From positions 1,580 through 65,579 of the forward strand of contig MHOA01000001.1 in assembly GCA_001821765.1 (NCBI GenBank): a DNA stretch of 64,000 bases, in the 5' to 3' direction. The stretch's first letter is position 1, and every line of letters begins with the position of its first letter. Below the pieces are notes generated by a model that worked only from the letters and a program-made list of their open reading frames with translations, searched no databases and was not told where the DNA came from. Below are positions 1 to 10,048 of the stretch, piece by piece. A program made the translations under genes and the position numbers. This stretch comes from Candidatus Ryanbacteria bacterium RIFCSPLOWO2_12_FULL_44_26. GTDB lineage: Bacteria > Patescibacteriota > Minisyncoccia > Ryanbacterales > HO2-45-13.

Positions 1-1277
1 CGCATTACAGTGAAGGATTTCAGACAGAGTTTTTCAAATTACTGCAAACGCTTGAGAATCCGGCGGTTCCCCGCGAGGAGCGCGATACCATAGTGGTAGA
101 TATGGTGAACCGGCTGATTCGATATGGCCATCAGAACAAAGCATCGGATATACACATTGAGCCGCTCGAAGATAACATAGGTGTGCGGATCAGGGTTGAC
201 GGTGTATTGCATGATGTGCTGACCATTCCAAAAAATCTGGGAGATCTGATCCTCTCTAGGATTAAAATATTAGCTAAGATGCGGACGGACGAACGCAGAG
301 CGGCGCAAGACGGAAGGTTTCGGTTTACAACAACACAGGAGACTGTTGATGTAAGAGTTTCGGTTGTTCCTATTACGCATGGTGAAAATGTCGTCATGAG
401 ACTTCTTTCGGCAAGGAACCGTCAATTCACAATCAGTGATTTGGGACTTTCTGAAAGCGATTTAAACAAGATAACACGCGCAATTGAACAGCCTCACGGC
501 ATGGTACTTGTGACAGGCCCCACCGGCAGCGGAAAAACAACGACTGTGTACGCTATTATGAAGATTATTAATAAAAGAAGTGTTCATATATCAACCATTG
601 AGGATCCTGTTGAATATGATATTGAGGGGATCAGCCAGATCCAGGTAAATCCGAAAACAAACCTTACCTTTGCAAGTGGGCTCCGGGCTATTGTGCGTCA
701 AGACCCCGATATTATTTTAGTTGGTGAAGTGCGAGATAAGGAAACAGCCGGTATTGCGATCAATTCTGCTATGACAGGACACCTCGTGCTTTCTACGCTT
801 CATGCCAATGATGCGGCAACGACGCTGCCCAGACTTTTGGATATGGACATTGAGCCGTTTTTAGTGGCTTCAACAGTAAATGTTGTTGTTGCACAGCGAT
901 TGGTAAGAAAAATTTGTGTTCGGTGCCGCGAATCGTATGCGTTAACACAGGAAGAAAAAAGAGCCATTCATGGCGAGCTGGCTGTTGAGACAGCTTTTAC
1001 AAAGAAGGGCATAAAGAAGCTTGATACACTGCGGCTGTATAGAGGAGCAGGATGCAAGGTATGCGGAAACACAGGGTATGCCGGACGTGTTGGCGTTTTT
1101 GAGGTTATGGAAATGAATAGCATGATTAAAAGTCTTATCATGACGCAATCATCAAGCGACACGATCCAACAAGCGGCGGTAAAAAGCGGCATGACAACAC
1201 TGCTTGAAGGCAGTATTGAAAAGATATTAAACGGCACCACAACACTTGAGGAAGTGTTAAGGGTAACAAAAGAGTGA
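1..1277 (+). CDS. pilB: Type IV pilus/T2SS assembly ATPase, GspE/PilB family (5' end lies upstream of window)
   Basis: Frame is open from nt 3 to the first ATG of the ORF (no stop), so the gene continues upstream; Walker A GPTGSGKTTT, Asp/His boxes, C-terminal CxxC...CxxC tetracysteine motif. Confidence 0.85.
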   Translation, partial: HYSEGFQTEFFKLLQTLENPAVPREERDTIVVDMVNRLIRYGHQNKASDIHIEPLEDNIGVRIRVDGVLHDVLTIPKNLGDLILSRIKILAKMRTDERRAAQDGRFRFTTTQETVDVRVSVVPITHGENVVMRLLSARNRQFTISDLGLSESDLNKITRAIEQPHGMVLVTGPTGSGKTTTVYAIMKIINKRSVHISTIEDPVEYDIEGISQIQVNPKTNLTFASGLRAIVRQDPDIILVGEVRDKETAGIAINSAMTGHLVLSTLHANDAATTLPRLLDMDIEPFLVASTVNVVVAQRLVRKICVRCRESYALTQEEKRAIHGELAVETAFTKKGIKKLDTLRLYRGAGCKVCGNTGYAGRVGVFEVMEMNSMIKSLIMTQSSSDTIQQAAVKSGMTTLLEGSIEKILNGTTTLEEVLRVTKE

Positions 1278-1278
1278 T

Positions 1279-1995
1279 ATGGCAAAGCATTCAAAACTAA
1301 AAGACAGAAAACATATTATTTCTGAAATTACCTCCATCATTTCTCATCAGTTAAAATCCCCTCTTTCCGGCATTAAGTCGTCTTTAGAGCTTATCCTTGC
1401 AGGTGAAGTGGGGCCTCTTGTAAAACAACAGCGCGAGTACTTAACCTTAACACTGAATCAGACGGAAAAGTTAATTACGTTAGTAAAGAATTTGCTTGAC
1501 GTCTCCCGAATTGATGAAAAGCGAATGGAGCTTACTATCAAATATGCCGATCTCGTCACGATAGTAACGAATGTCATAGACGAGCTTTTGCCATTGGCCC
1601 AGGCAAAAAACTCCGCAATTTCGTTTCGGGCGGGGGATCATATTCCCCACATTCATATCGATCCGATTAAAATCCACCAGGTTGTTTACAATATCATTGA
1701 TAACGCAATCCATTATAATAAAGGGAAGGGGTCAATTGATGTTCAGCTTGTCAAGAAGGGGAAGTATATTCTTTTTTCCTGCCGTGACCAAGGTATCGGC
1801 ATCTCCAAGAAAGAGGCTTCCAAAATTTTTACAAAGTATTTTCGCAGCAAACAGGTGATGGATATATTAACTGACGGGACGGGCCTGGGGTTATTTATCT
1901 CAAAAGCGATTATTAAAAAAAGCGGAGGAAATATATGGTTTGAGAGTAAATTAAACAAGGGGACGGTGTTTTATTTCACGCTACCGGTAAAGTAA
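1279..1995 (+). CDS. Sensor-less histidine kinase (HisKA + HATPase_c), embedded in pilus operon
   Basis: H-box SHQLKSPLSG, N/G boxes (NAIHYN, GTGLGLFISK); no TM or sensor domain; 1-nt gap after pilB stop. Confidence 0.75.
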   Translation: MAKHSKLKDRKHIISEITSIISHQLKSPLSGIKSSLELILAGEVGPLVKQQREYLTLTLNQTEKLITLVKNLLDVSRIDEKRMELTIKYADLVTIVTNVIDELLPLAQAKNSAISFRAGDHIPHIHIDPIKIHQVVYNIIDNAIHYNKGKGSIDVQLVKKGKYILFSCRDQGIGISKKEASKIFTKYFRSKQVMDILTDGTGLGLFISKAIIKKSGGNIWFESKLNKGTVFYFTLPVK

Positions 1996-1999
1996 TCAT

Positions 2000-2401
2000 A
2001 TGATGGCAAATACAGCAAAAAAAATTCTCATCATTGAAGACGATAAGTTTTTAATGAAATTATACAGCGATAAATTAAGGAGAGAAGGATTTGATGTGGC
2101 TATGTCTATTACCGGTGAGGAGGGGCTTTTACGGGCCCCTTCTTATGAGCCGGATTTGATATTTTTAGATATTGTCCTGCCGCGTGAAAACGGATTTGAC
2201 GTATTAAGCAAGTTAAAATTAGATCCGGCAACGAAACACATCCCAGTGATTATTCTCACTAACTTAGGACGGGAAAAAGACGTCAAGACTGGCATAGAAC
2301 TCGGAGCTGCGGATTATTTGATAAAAACAGATTTTTCAATAACCAAACTTGGCGAGGTTGCAAGAAAACATCTTGTAAACAAGCAACGGCGAAAGACATG
2401 A
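2000..2401 (+). CDS. Stand-alone response regulator receiver (CheY-like REC only)
   Basis: ILIIEDD...DLIFLDIVLP...KT motifs of REC domain; 133 aa, no output domain; overlaps pilC start. Confidence 0.8.
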   Translation: MMANTAKKILIIEDDKFLMKLYSDKLRREGFDVAMSITGEEGLLRAPSYEPDLIFLDIVLPRENGFDVLSKLKLDPATKHIPVIILTNLGREKDVKTGIELGAADYLIKTDFSITKLGEVARKHLVNKQRRKT

Positions 2402-3501
2402 CCGAGGAAAAAATACATAACAGCCGGCGGCAGCGTATCCTTCAATGGGACATTCCTATTGGCTCCGTGAGCCTTGAGCAAAAAGCACTTTTTGTAAAAC
2501 ATTTAGCAGTAATGATGAAATCCGGACTTACCATATCCGAGATATTGCATGTGGAAGAAGAAACAACAAGCGGGAGACTCAGGGGAGCGCTCCGAAAAGT
2601 AAGAAAATCAGTAGAGGCGGGGCATTCTCTTTCCGATGCTTTTAAACTGTTCCCAAAAATTTTTCCCCAGCTGCTTGTAAGCGCTGTATATACCGGCGAA
2701 TCTTCCGGCACGCTTTCAGACAATTTAGAACATGTTGCTTTGCAGCTGCAGAAGGAGAAAGAGTTGGTATCAAAAATTCGCGGAGCCATGCTGTATCCGG
2801 TAATCGTGCTTGCCGCGGCAGTTATTTTAGGGCTTGGGCTTGCGTTATTTGTGCTGCCAAAAATTACCACCATATTTAGCGGTTTGGATATAACACTACC
2901 TTTCACAACACGGATGCTTATCGCGTTTTCAAACTTTATGGAAAGCTATGGGTTGGAGTTTGTGGTTGCTTCGGTGGCGTTCGTTTTTTTTATCATATGG
3001 GTTTTGCGGTCGCGCATGATGCAGCCGATCACTCACTGGGTCCTGCTTCGGATGCCGGTTGTACAGCGTATCAGCAAAGGAGCGAACGCAGCGCGTTTCT
3101 GCAGGACGCTCGGAACATTGATCGGAAGCGGCGTTACGATTGAAGAATCGCTGGATATTATCGGAAAAACGATGAGTAATTATCATTACCGAAGATCCAT
3201 CGGCTCCGTCAATAAACGCGTGATCGGCGGAGCGCGGCTTTCGGTGAGTTTGGAGGATTTTCCCGGGCTTTATCCGAGGATTATTGTCAGCATGATACGC
3301 GTAGGAGAAGAATCGGGAAGACTTGATGAAGTGTGTTCATATCTCGGAGAGTTTTTTGAAGAAGAAGTGGATGCCGCGACGAAATCGCTTTCAGCAGTCA
3401 TAGAGCCCGTGCTTCTTATTATCATCGGCCTCGTTGTCGGGTTTCTCGCACTTTCCGTGATAACGCCAATCTATGAGATTACGGGAAGCATTGGGCGTTA
3501 A
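2398..3501 (+). CDS. pilC: Type IV pilus platform protein PilC/GspF family
   Basis: Two T2SS-F repeats with three TM segments, 367 aa, start overlaps upstream stop (ATGA). Confidence 0.85.
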   Translation: MTEEKIHNSRRQRILQWDIPIGSVSLEQKALFVKHLAVMMKSGLTISEILHVEEETTSGRLRGALRKVRKSVEAGHSLSDAFKLFPKIFPQLLVSAVYTGESSGTLSDNLEHVALQLQKEKELVSKIRGAMLYPVIVLAAAVILGLGLALFVLPKITTIFSGLDITLPFTTRMLIAFSNFMESYGLEFVVASVAFVFFIIWVLRSRMMQPITHWVLLRMPVVQRISKGANAARFCRTLGTLIGSGVTIEESLDIIGKTMSNYHYRRSIGSVNKRVIGGARLSVSLEDFPGLYPRIIVSMIRVGEESGRLDEVCSYLGEFFEEEVDAATKSLSAVIEPVLLIIIGLVVGFLALSVITPIYEITGSIGR

Positions 3502-3534
3502 GTGATAGTACGCCTTCCGCACATTTTTTGACTT

Positions 3535-3975
3535 ATGAGTAAAGGATTTTCCCTTTCAGAATTAATTATTGTCATAGGTATCTTGCTTATTGTCGGCGTG
3601 ACGGTGATCCCGGTTTATTCCAATATATTCGTCCTAAGTCAGCTTGACGAAAGCGCTGTTGCGGTATTGCAGGCATTACGCACCGCAAAAACGTATGCTA
3701 TATACAGAAAAAACAACGCCGCGTACGGAGTAAAATTTATCTCGCCTACCCTTACAATGTATCAGGGATTGTCATATCTAAGTAGAGATTCAACCAAGGA
3801 CCGCGTGATAGAGCTCGAGGATGTTATAGCGGTTACCACCACGTTCGCGGATGACGACGTGCATTTTGAAACGACCTCCGGGATGACGAGCGGCGGGATT
3901 ATCACCCTCCTGCATCAATCCGGCGCTTCACAAACGATTTCCGTAAGCGCGCAGGGTATCGCGCAAATTGAATAA
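3535..3975 (+). CDS. Pseudopilin/minor pilin-like protein (degenerate prepilin N-terminus)
   Basis: N-terminal KGFSLSELIIVIGILLIVG hydrophobic helix resembling class III signal, 146 aa. Confidence 0.55.
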   Translation: MSKGFSLSELIIVIGILLIVGVTVIPVYSNIFVLSQLDESAVAVLQALRTAKTYAIYRKNNAAYGVKFISPTLTMYQGLSYLSRDSTKDRVIELEDVIAVTTTFADDDVHFETTSGMTSGGIITLLHQSGASQTISVSAQGIAQIE

Positions 3976-4006
3976 CCGATAGGCGGTAGCCGGCGAGTGC
4001 GTAAAC

Positions 4007-7003
4007 ATGTGGAAGTATACGTCGGACAAAGGACAGAGTTTGCTGGAAGTGATTGTTGCCATGGCGATTTTTTCTATGATCGCGGTAGTGATGGTTTCCA
4101 TGGCAAGTGGAAGTTTTGTTTCTCTTATAAAAAGCAGAGAACATACTGAAGCGGCGGCGTTGGCGCAAGAAGGCATGGAGGCTGTCCGTTCCATCCGGGA
4201 TGGCGCGTGGAATGAATTGGAGTTTGATCAAAGCGGCGTTTCCGCAAACAGTGGGGAGTGGGCATTTATGGGCGAGGGAAGTGCTGAAACCATCGGGCAA
4301 TATACACGCACTATAACCTTTGACGATGTTTGCCGCGATGGAGTGGGGAATGTGGAAGATCCTTGCGCTGGTTCGCCTCCGGATGTGCACAGCAAAAAAG
4401 TGACGGCGCGTGTGGATTGGACAACCGGTTCAGACATTCCCAACACGGTAAAACGCACCGCATATATTACCAACTGGGATTCTCGTGACTGGACGCAGAC
4501 CGACTGGTCGGGCGGAGCAGGGCAGGCAATTTGGTCTGATCCGAGCAGGTTTGACAGCAGTGTAAACATTGATGTCAGCACTTTTGGAGAAGTGCAATTG
4601 ACAGAGGTGGAAAGCACATGGGTAAAAGGCGGAGGAGAAGAGGCGCTTGACGACACAGATGCTGATTTCGGCGCAGGTGTTTTGAACGACACGGTTATCG
4701 TAGGTAGCGGCGTTCCGGCAAGCGTTGTGCTTGATCAGGAGCTTGCTTGGTCGGGACATGCGGACAGCGGATCGGTTACCACGCGATCACTCCATGATTT
4801 ATACGCGCTTTCCGCGACAGATATTTGGGCTGTTGGCGATGCCGGAACGGTACTGCATTACGCGGGTTCGGGATGGGTTGTTGTTTCTTCGCCCACGACA
4901 GCGGCATTACATAGTATTTTTATGATATCGCCGTCAAACGGCTGGGCGGTGGGGGATAATGGGACGATCATCCGCTGGAATGGTGTAAACTGGTCATCGG
5001 TTGTGTCTCCGGTCAGTACCCATCTCTATAGCATCTTTATGGTTTCGGCAAACGATGGCTGGGCTGTTGGGAGAACTGGAAAGATTTTGCGTTGGAACGG
5101 TGTTTCTTGGAGCGAGTCTAGAGATACCGGAAGCCATACATGGAATGCTCTCTCCATGATTTCTTCCAATAACGGATGGCTTGCGGGAACAAGCGGCAAG
5201 ATCTATCGCTATAACGGTGTGGATTGGACAGAGTTTCAGGATACCGGCAATCAAACATGGAACTCTCTCTTTATGGTTTCGTTTACTAACGGCTGGGTTA
5301 TTGGGAATGGGGGAAATATCAGGCGTTTTAACGGTATTAGATGGGTGAGCGTATCTTCTCCTGTGGGGACGAATCTCCAGAGCGTTTTTATGGTCAATGC
5401 GAATGATGGTTGGGCGGTTGGAAATGCCGGTGAAATTCTTCGGTGGGATGGCATCTCTTGGCAACGATTCCATAATGTCGGATCCATCCAATTAAATTCA
5501 GTGTTTATGGCCTCGGCGTTTGAGGGATGGACTGTTGGCGCCGGAGGTACTATATTCCGCTACAAAGGATCAGGCACCTTTCATTCAAGAATTTTTGATA
5601 GCGGTGATGCCGGCACTGTCTGGAATGCGGTTTATTGGACAGAATCCTTACCCGTCGGATCCGATATCACCATTGCGACAAGGACCGGAAATACCCCTAT
5701 ACCAGACGGAACATGGTCGGCATTTAGCGGTGAACTTACTGACAGCGTTGTTTCCGATATTACTTCTCCAAACGGGCGCTACATTCAATACAGAGCTACT
5801 TTCACGCGCGGTACTGCGGGCGGCGAAACGCCGCAGCTCGCCGATATTACCATCGTGTACAATGCTCCGACGTCAAGGAATTTAAATGATATTTATCTAA
5901 TTTCTCAAAATGATGTTTGGGCAGTTGGAGATAACGGAACAATTATCCATTATGGAGGATCTGTATGGCTTCCTGTTGTTTCTCCCACGTCCCAGAATTT
6001 GCGCGGCGTGTTTTTTGTTGATCCAGGTGAAGGATGGGCGGTTGGTGATAACGGCACCATTATTCATTATGAAAGCGGTTCGTGGTTTTCTGTTCCTTCG
6101 CCAACAGCAAGAGATTTGCACGATATATATATGGTAAACGCTAGTGATGGATGGATTGTCGGGAATGTTGGTGAAATGCTCCGATGGAACGGTTCGCAGT
6201 GGTTGTCAGTTTCATCACCGACCACGAGCCGGCTATTAAGTGTTTATATGCTTTCAGCAAGTGAAGGATGGGCAGCGGGAGAAAATGGCGGGATTCTTTT
6301 CTGGAACGGTGTAAGCTGGATTGTGTTTCAAGGTACCGGAAGCCATATATGGGAATCTCTCTACACGGTTTCTTCCAGTGACGGCTGGCTGGTCGGTTCG
6401 GGCGGATGGATCTATCGTTTTAACGGTTCGGCATGGACAGCATTTGATAACAAAATAGTTTCTCCGCTCAATGCTGTTTTTATGACAGCGGCAGATCGCG
6501 GTTGGATTGTCGGAGCTGGCGGAAATATATTTAGATGGAATGGCGCTTTATGGGAAAGCGAATTATCTTCTACAGACAGGATATTAAACGCCGTCTCAAT
6601 GTTTTCTGCTGTAGAGGGATGGGCGGTAGGGGACAGAGGAACGATACTCCATTATACAAGAAACAGCACCTACGCCCCATTTGGCGTTCTTGTCTCGTCC
6701 GCGTTCCCTCTTGGCGATCCCTCTCCTCTACAGGTGATAGAATGGGACGAATCGGTGCCATTATGTTCACCATCCTGCGGGATGCTTTTTCAGATAAGAG
6801 CAGCTCCTGATAACGCCGGTACTCCGGGATTGTGGACAGCATGGTATGGTGTGACCGGTCCCGCGACGGTTTTTATAGAAACTAATGGTTCGCTTATTCC
6901 CAAAGAACTGAATGGTAATGAGTGGGCGCAATACAGGACGATACTGATCGGTGATGGATTAAACACTCCGATACTTTATGAGGTAAGAGTACATTACAAG
7001 TAA
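4007..7003 (+). CDS. Giant pilin-like protein: prepilin-type N-terminal helix fused to two 7-bladed beta-propellers (Ycf48/BNR-like repeats)
   Basis: N-term GQSLLEVIVAMAIF pilin-like helix; 14 tandem ~42-aa repeats of the form (D/E)GWAVGxxGTIxxWNGxxW in two blocks separated by a linker. Confidence 0.6.
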   Translation: MWKYTSDKGQSLLEVIVAMAIFSMIAVVMVSMASGSFVSLIKSREHTEAAALAQEGMEAVRSIRDGAWNELEFDQSGVSANSGEWAFMGEGSAETIGQYTRTITFDDVCRDGVGNVEDPCAGSPPDVHSKKVTARVDWTTGSDIPNTVKRTAYITNWDSRDWTQTDWSGGAGQAIWSDPSRFDSSVNIDVSTFGEVQLTEVESTWVKGGGEEALDDTDADFGAGVLNDTVIVGSGVPASVVLDQELAWSGHADSGSVTTRSLHDLYALSATDIWAVGDAGTVLHYAGSGWVVVSSPTTAALHSIFMISPSNGWAVGDNGTIIRWNGVNWSSVVSPVSTHLYSIFMVSANDGWAVGRTGKILRWNGVSWSESRDTGSHTWNALSMISSNNGWLAGTSGKIYRYNGVDWTEFQDTGNQTWNSLFMVSFTNGWVIGNGGNIRRFNGIRWVSVSSPVGTNLQSVFMVNANDGWAVGNAGEILRWDGISWQRFHNVGSIQLNSVFMASAFEGWTVGAGGTIFRYKGSGTFHSRIFDSGDAGTVWNAVYWTESLPVGSDITIATRTGNTPIPDGTWSAFSGELTDSVVSDITSPNGRYIQYRATFTRGTAGGETPQLADITIVYNAPTSRNLNDIYLISQNDVWAVGDNGTIIHYGGSVWLPVVSPTSQNLRGVFFVDPGEGWAVGDNGTIIHYESGSWFSVPSPTARDLHDIYMVNASDGWIVGNVGEMLRWNGSQWLSVSSPTTSRLLSVYMLSASEGWAAGENGGILFWNGVSWIVFQGTGSHIWESLYTVSSSDGWLVGSGGWIYRFNGSAWTAFDNKIVSPLNAVFMTAADRGWIVGAGGNIFRWNGALWESELSSTDRILNAVSMFSAVEGWAVGDRGTILHYTRNSTYAPFGVLVSSAFPLGDPSPLQVIEWDESVPLCSPSCGMLFQIRAAPDNAGTPGLWTAWYGVTGPATVFIETNGSLIPKELNGNEWAQYRTILIGDGLNTPILYEVRVHYK

Positions 7004-7007
7004 CTCC

Positions 7008-7586
7008 ATGATGAGTTTTAAGATGCCGCTTCAAGGAGTCAAAGGTGAAAGGTTCCCATTCTTGCCGGGCGAAGCGGTACGGGAAAAAATCAAAAATCAG
7101 CATGGCTTTACGCTGATTGAGATGATTATATACATCGCCATCATTGGCTTGGTGGTGAGCGGTTTTCTGTTTTTTAGTGTCAGTATCGGATCTTCCGGCG
7201 CAAAGACGCGGGTGGCGTCTGAAGTGCAGGAGAATGTCCGCACGGCCCTTGAGTTGATGGGCAAAAAGATACGTGCCGCCGAGAGTGTCGTTCAACCCGC
7301 GAAGGGAGCCTCCGGTTCATTGTTGGAGCTCAATATGCCTCCGGGAGTTCCCGATGTTGTCGTTCAGGTGGTGAACGGGGTGCTGTTGCTGGATGATACG
7401 GTAGATCAAATTGCTGTTACTACCGATGAGGTGCGCGTGGAAGATTTGCAATTTGTGAATATAGGAAAGAGTGGTGAACGCGATAGTATTCGTATTTTTA
7501 TAACCATTGCGTTTAACAATACTGGAAACGATGTGTTGCATACATTCTCACAGAGTGTTGAAACGGCAGTTGGTATTCGCAGATAA
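7008..7586 (+). CDS. Type IV (pseudo)pilin with canonical GFTLIEM class III signal; true start may be internal (long leader)
   Basis: Motif HGFTLIEMIIYIAIIGLVV; an in-frame alternative TTG start (LPGEAV...) would give a 15-aa leader. Confidence 0.65.
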   Translation: MMSFKMPLQGVKGERFPFLPGEAVREKIKNQHGFTLIEMIIYIAIIGLVVSGFLFFSVSIGSSGAKTRVASEVQENVRTALELMGKKIRAAESVVQPAKGASGSLLELNMPPGVPDVVVQVVNGVLLLDDTVDQIAVTTDEVRVEDLQFVNIGKSGERDSIRIFITIAFNNTGNDVLHTFSQSVETAVGIRR

Positions 7587-7587
7587 T

Positions 7588-8013
7588 ATGAACCCAAAAA
7601 AGATAAAAAGAAAAAATAGGAAAGAGGGTATAGCGGCTCTTCTCGTCGTTGTGGTGGTAAGCGCTGTTGTGCTGACTATGGCTTTTGGGGCCGCTATGAC
7701 CGGTATTGGCGAGCTCGATATGGGTTTTACCGTCAGTAAGGGAATGACAGCGTTTGCTTTTGCTGACGGTTGCATGGAAGAGGCGCTTCGAAGATTACGG
7801 ATTGACAAGAGTTGGCCATCGGCGTTGCTCTCCGTTGATGGCGGATCGTGTATAATGTTTAATGTTGACAATGCTGATATAAACCCGCCTAATGACAGAA
7901 GGACGATTTTGGTTGTTGGCAGTGACGGCACGTATTTTTCTTTCATAGAGGCGGTGGTTGACGTTTTAGATATCGGCAACGTGGTTACGATACAGACGTG
8001 GAAGGAAATATAA
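7588..8013 (+). CDS. Putative minor pilin/pseudopilin-like protein
   Basis: Internal Met (MNPKKIKRKNRKEG) directly after upstream stop; basic N-term then hydrophobic helix IAALLVVVVVSAVVLT; two Cys later. Confidence 0.45.
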   Translation: MNPKKIKRKNRKEGIAALLVVVVVSAVVLTMAFGAAMTGIGELDMGFTVSKGMTAFAFADGCMEEALRRLRIDKSWPSALLSVDGGSCIMFNVDNADINPPNDRRTILVVGSDGTYFSFIEAVVDVLDIGNVVTIQTWKEI

Positions 8014-8038
8014 ACATATTTTTCATCCGTGTTTCATT

Positions 8039-10048
8039 ATGTTTGTTTTTAGTAAGTCCTCGGTTGGAGTAGACATCGCCGACGGCAGCATCGAGGTGGT
8101 AGAGCTTTCAAGGCATCTCGGTCGCTTTTTGGTAAGTCGAAGAAACCGCGTGACGCTTCCTGCCGGTATCGTTGAGCGCGGAAGAATTGTGAAAAAGGTG
8201 GAGCTGGCGGGAGCGGTTCATGAAGCATTTCAAACGGCCAGCCCTTCGCCAATCACCAAAAAAGACATCATTTTCGGACTTCCGGAAGGCCATGTATACA
8301 CGCATGTTTTTAGATTTCCCTTGCCGCTTTCTAAAATAACCCGCGCTGTTGTTGTAAAAGAGACTCGTTGTTCAATTCCTCTTTCGGAAGATGATGTTGT
8401 TTTTGACTATATCATTCGCCGGTCAACGCCAGCAGAAACAGAAATACTCATCGTTGCATCGAGCAGGGCATTTATGACTGAGTGGAATCATTTTTTTGCT
8501 GAAAACGGTTTTACTGTCAAAACGTTTGACATCGAAACACTGGCAACGTTTCGCGGACTTTTCAAAGGGAATCCCGCTTCCCCTGTTTGTGTTGTTGATA
8601 TGGGGGCGGCAACATCCCTGATTGCTGTTTTTGACGCATCCGGCCTTATCTATGCGCACGCTGTTCCCATTGCCGGCAACGCAATAACTGACCAGATCGC
8701 AGCGTCTCTGAAGCTTTCTATCAAAGAGGCGGAGAAACAAAAAAAGGAAAAAGGATTAAGCGACAGCAAATCAAAGCTGTTTCTTGTTATAGTGAAAGCG
8801 CTTGAGCCGTTGCTTCAAAAGATAAAAATCTCTTTAGGATATATTGAGGGAAAAACCGGAAAGCCTGTTGCCCGCGTGATTTTCGTGGGTATGTCTTCAA
8901 AGATGAAGGGACTCTTGGATTATTTCGGGTCTAATCTTGAAGTATCTGTTGAAGAAGCTCCTTCCAGCATCGGCGGCAGTCATGTAGGAGCTTATATTGA
9001 AGCTCTGGGACTTGCGCTACGGGCATGGAAAGATACGGATCCAAAACTCACGTTGCCGGAGGTCCAGCGAACATCCATCATTGCTGCCACAAAAAAGTCT
9101 TTCGTCAACAAATTCTTTTCATTCAAAAGACCGGTTGCTCCCCAAAAACCTCCTACGCACATCGCTGAAGATATCAGGTTTCTAGAGCGCAAAAAAGATC
9201 CAATCCAGACCCAGCACAAAGGACTTTTTTGGTTATTAATAGTACTTGTTGTTTTTGTTATCGCTGGGGGCGGGCTGTGGTGGTTTTTAAACCGCCAACA
9301 GGCGCCGTCTCCTGTTGCAAGCGTAAAGACGGATATTCCGAATTTGAACATTCAGTTATTTTCCCTTACATTTCCTGTTGCAATCCATGAAAGTGAATAT
9401 GGCGAAGGACGTGTCAGCGGACGTGTTTTGAAAGAAATATACAGCACCATTGAAGATTATGCTGAAGCAGTTGCGCGTTCATGGAGTGTTGTTCGCGAAG
9501 AGCTCCAGCCCGGAGAAGCGCTCTTTTTTGAACCTATCAATAAACTGAACGAGAGCGCGGGGTCTATATCTCCATTCACATTGGAATGGCTGGCGTATTC
9601 TTTAGATGAATTGGATACTTTGATTCGTAAGGAAGTAGACAGGACAAACGAACTCCATATTCCATATGAGGTCGGACCAGTACATGGCATACGCGCATAT
9701 AAAACGGAAAACCCAGGTATTGTTATATTCGAGGTTTCAGTAACGCTTACACTGAATGAGTTAATTGCGGGTTTAGGCGAGAAAATAGAGGTTTATGGGG
9801 GTATAGCGGAAACAAAAAACGAACAAGCGCTGGATAACGAAGAGAAACAGTTTGTGCTCATAAAAAAAACAGAGATGGGATGGTTGAATGCGAGAACAGG
9901 TCCCGCAACGACCTACACAATTTTGAAAAAAGTGTATCCGGGTGAGCGTTATCCGTTGCTTGAAGAAAGACAAGACTGGGTTCGCATTGAGGTTGCTGAA
10001 GGGCAGGATGCATGGGTTGCCGTAAGATACATTGAGTTGTTGGAATGA
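8039..10048 (+). CDS. PilM-PilN fusion protein with C-terminal bacterial SH3 (SH3b) domain
   Basis: N-term actin-like PilM fold signature (GVDIADGSIEVVEL), central TM helix (LFWLLIVLVVFVIAGGGLWWFL) as in PilN, C-term GWLNARTGPATTYTILKKVYPGERYPLLEERQDWVRIEV SH3b motif. Confidence 0.7.
   Translation: MFVFSKSSVGVDIADGSIEVVELSRHLGRFLVSRRNRVTLPAGIVERGRIVKKVELAGAVHEAFQTASPSPITKKDIIFGLPEGHVYTHVFRFPLPLSKITRAVVVKETRCSIPLSEDDVVFDYIIRRSTPAETEILIVASSRAFMTEWNHFFAENGFTVKTFDIETLATFRGLFKGNPASPVCVVDMGAATSLIAVFDASGLIYAHAVPIAGNAITDQIAASLKLSIKEAEKQKKEKGLSDSKSKLFLVIVKALEPLLQKIKISLGYIEGKTGKPVARVIFVGMSSKMKGLLDYFGSNLEVSVEEAPSSIGGSHVGAYIEALGLALRAWKDTDPKLTLPEVQRTSIIAATKKSFVNKFFSFKRPVAPQKPPTHIAEDIRFLERKKDPIQTQHKGLFWLLIVLVVFVIAGGGLWWFLNRQQAPSPVASVKTDIPNLNIQLFSLTFPVAIHESEYGEGRVSGRVLKEIYSTIEDYAEAVARSWSVVREELQPGEALFFEPINKLNESAGSISPFTLEWLAYSLDELDTLIRKEVDRTNELHIPYEVGPVHGIRAYKTENPGIVIFEVSVTLTLNELIAGLGEKIEVYGGIAETKNEQALDNEEKQFVLIKKTEMGWLNARTGPATTYTILKKVYPGERYPLLEERQDWVRIEVAEGQDAWVAVRYIELLE

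Noticed and set aside
4228-6842. Multiple minus-strand ORFs inside the giant pilin gene
   Set aside because: Shadow ORFs of a repeat-rich, well-supported + strand gene.
7008-7090. 33-aa leader peptide on the GFTLIEM pilin
   Set aside because: More likely the true start is an internal non-ATG codon closer to the conserved Gly; kept the ORF-track coordinates but flagged the start as uncertain.
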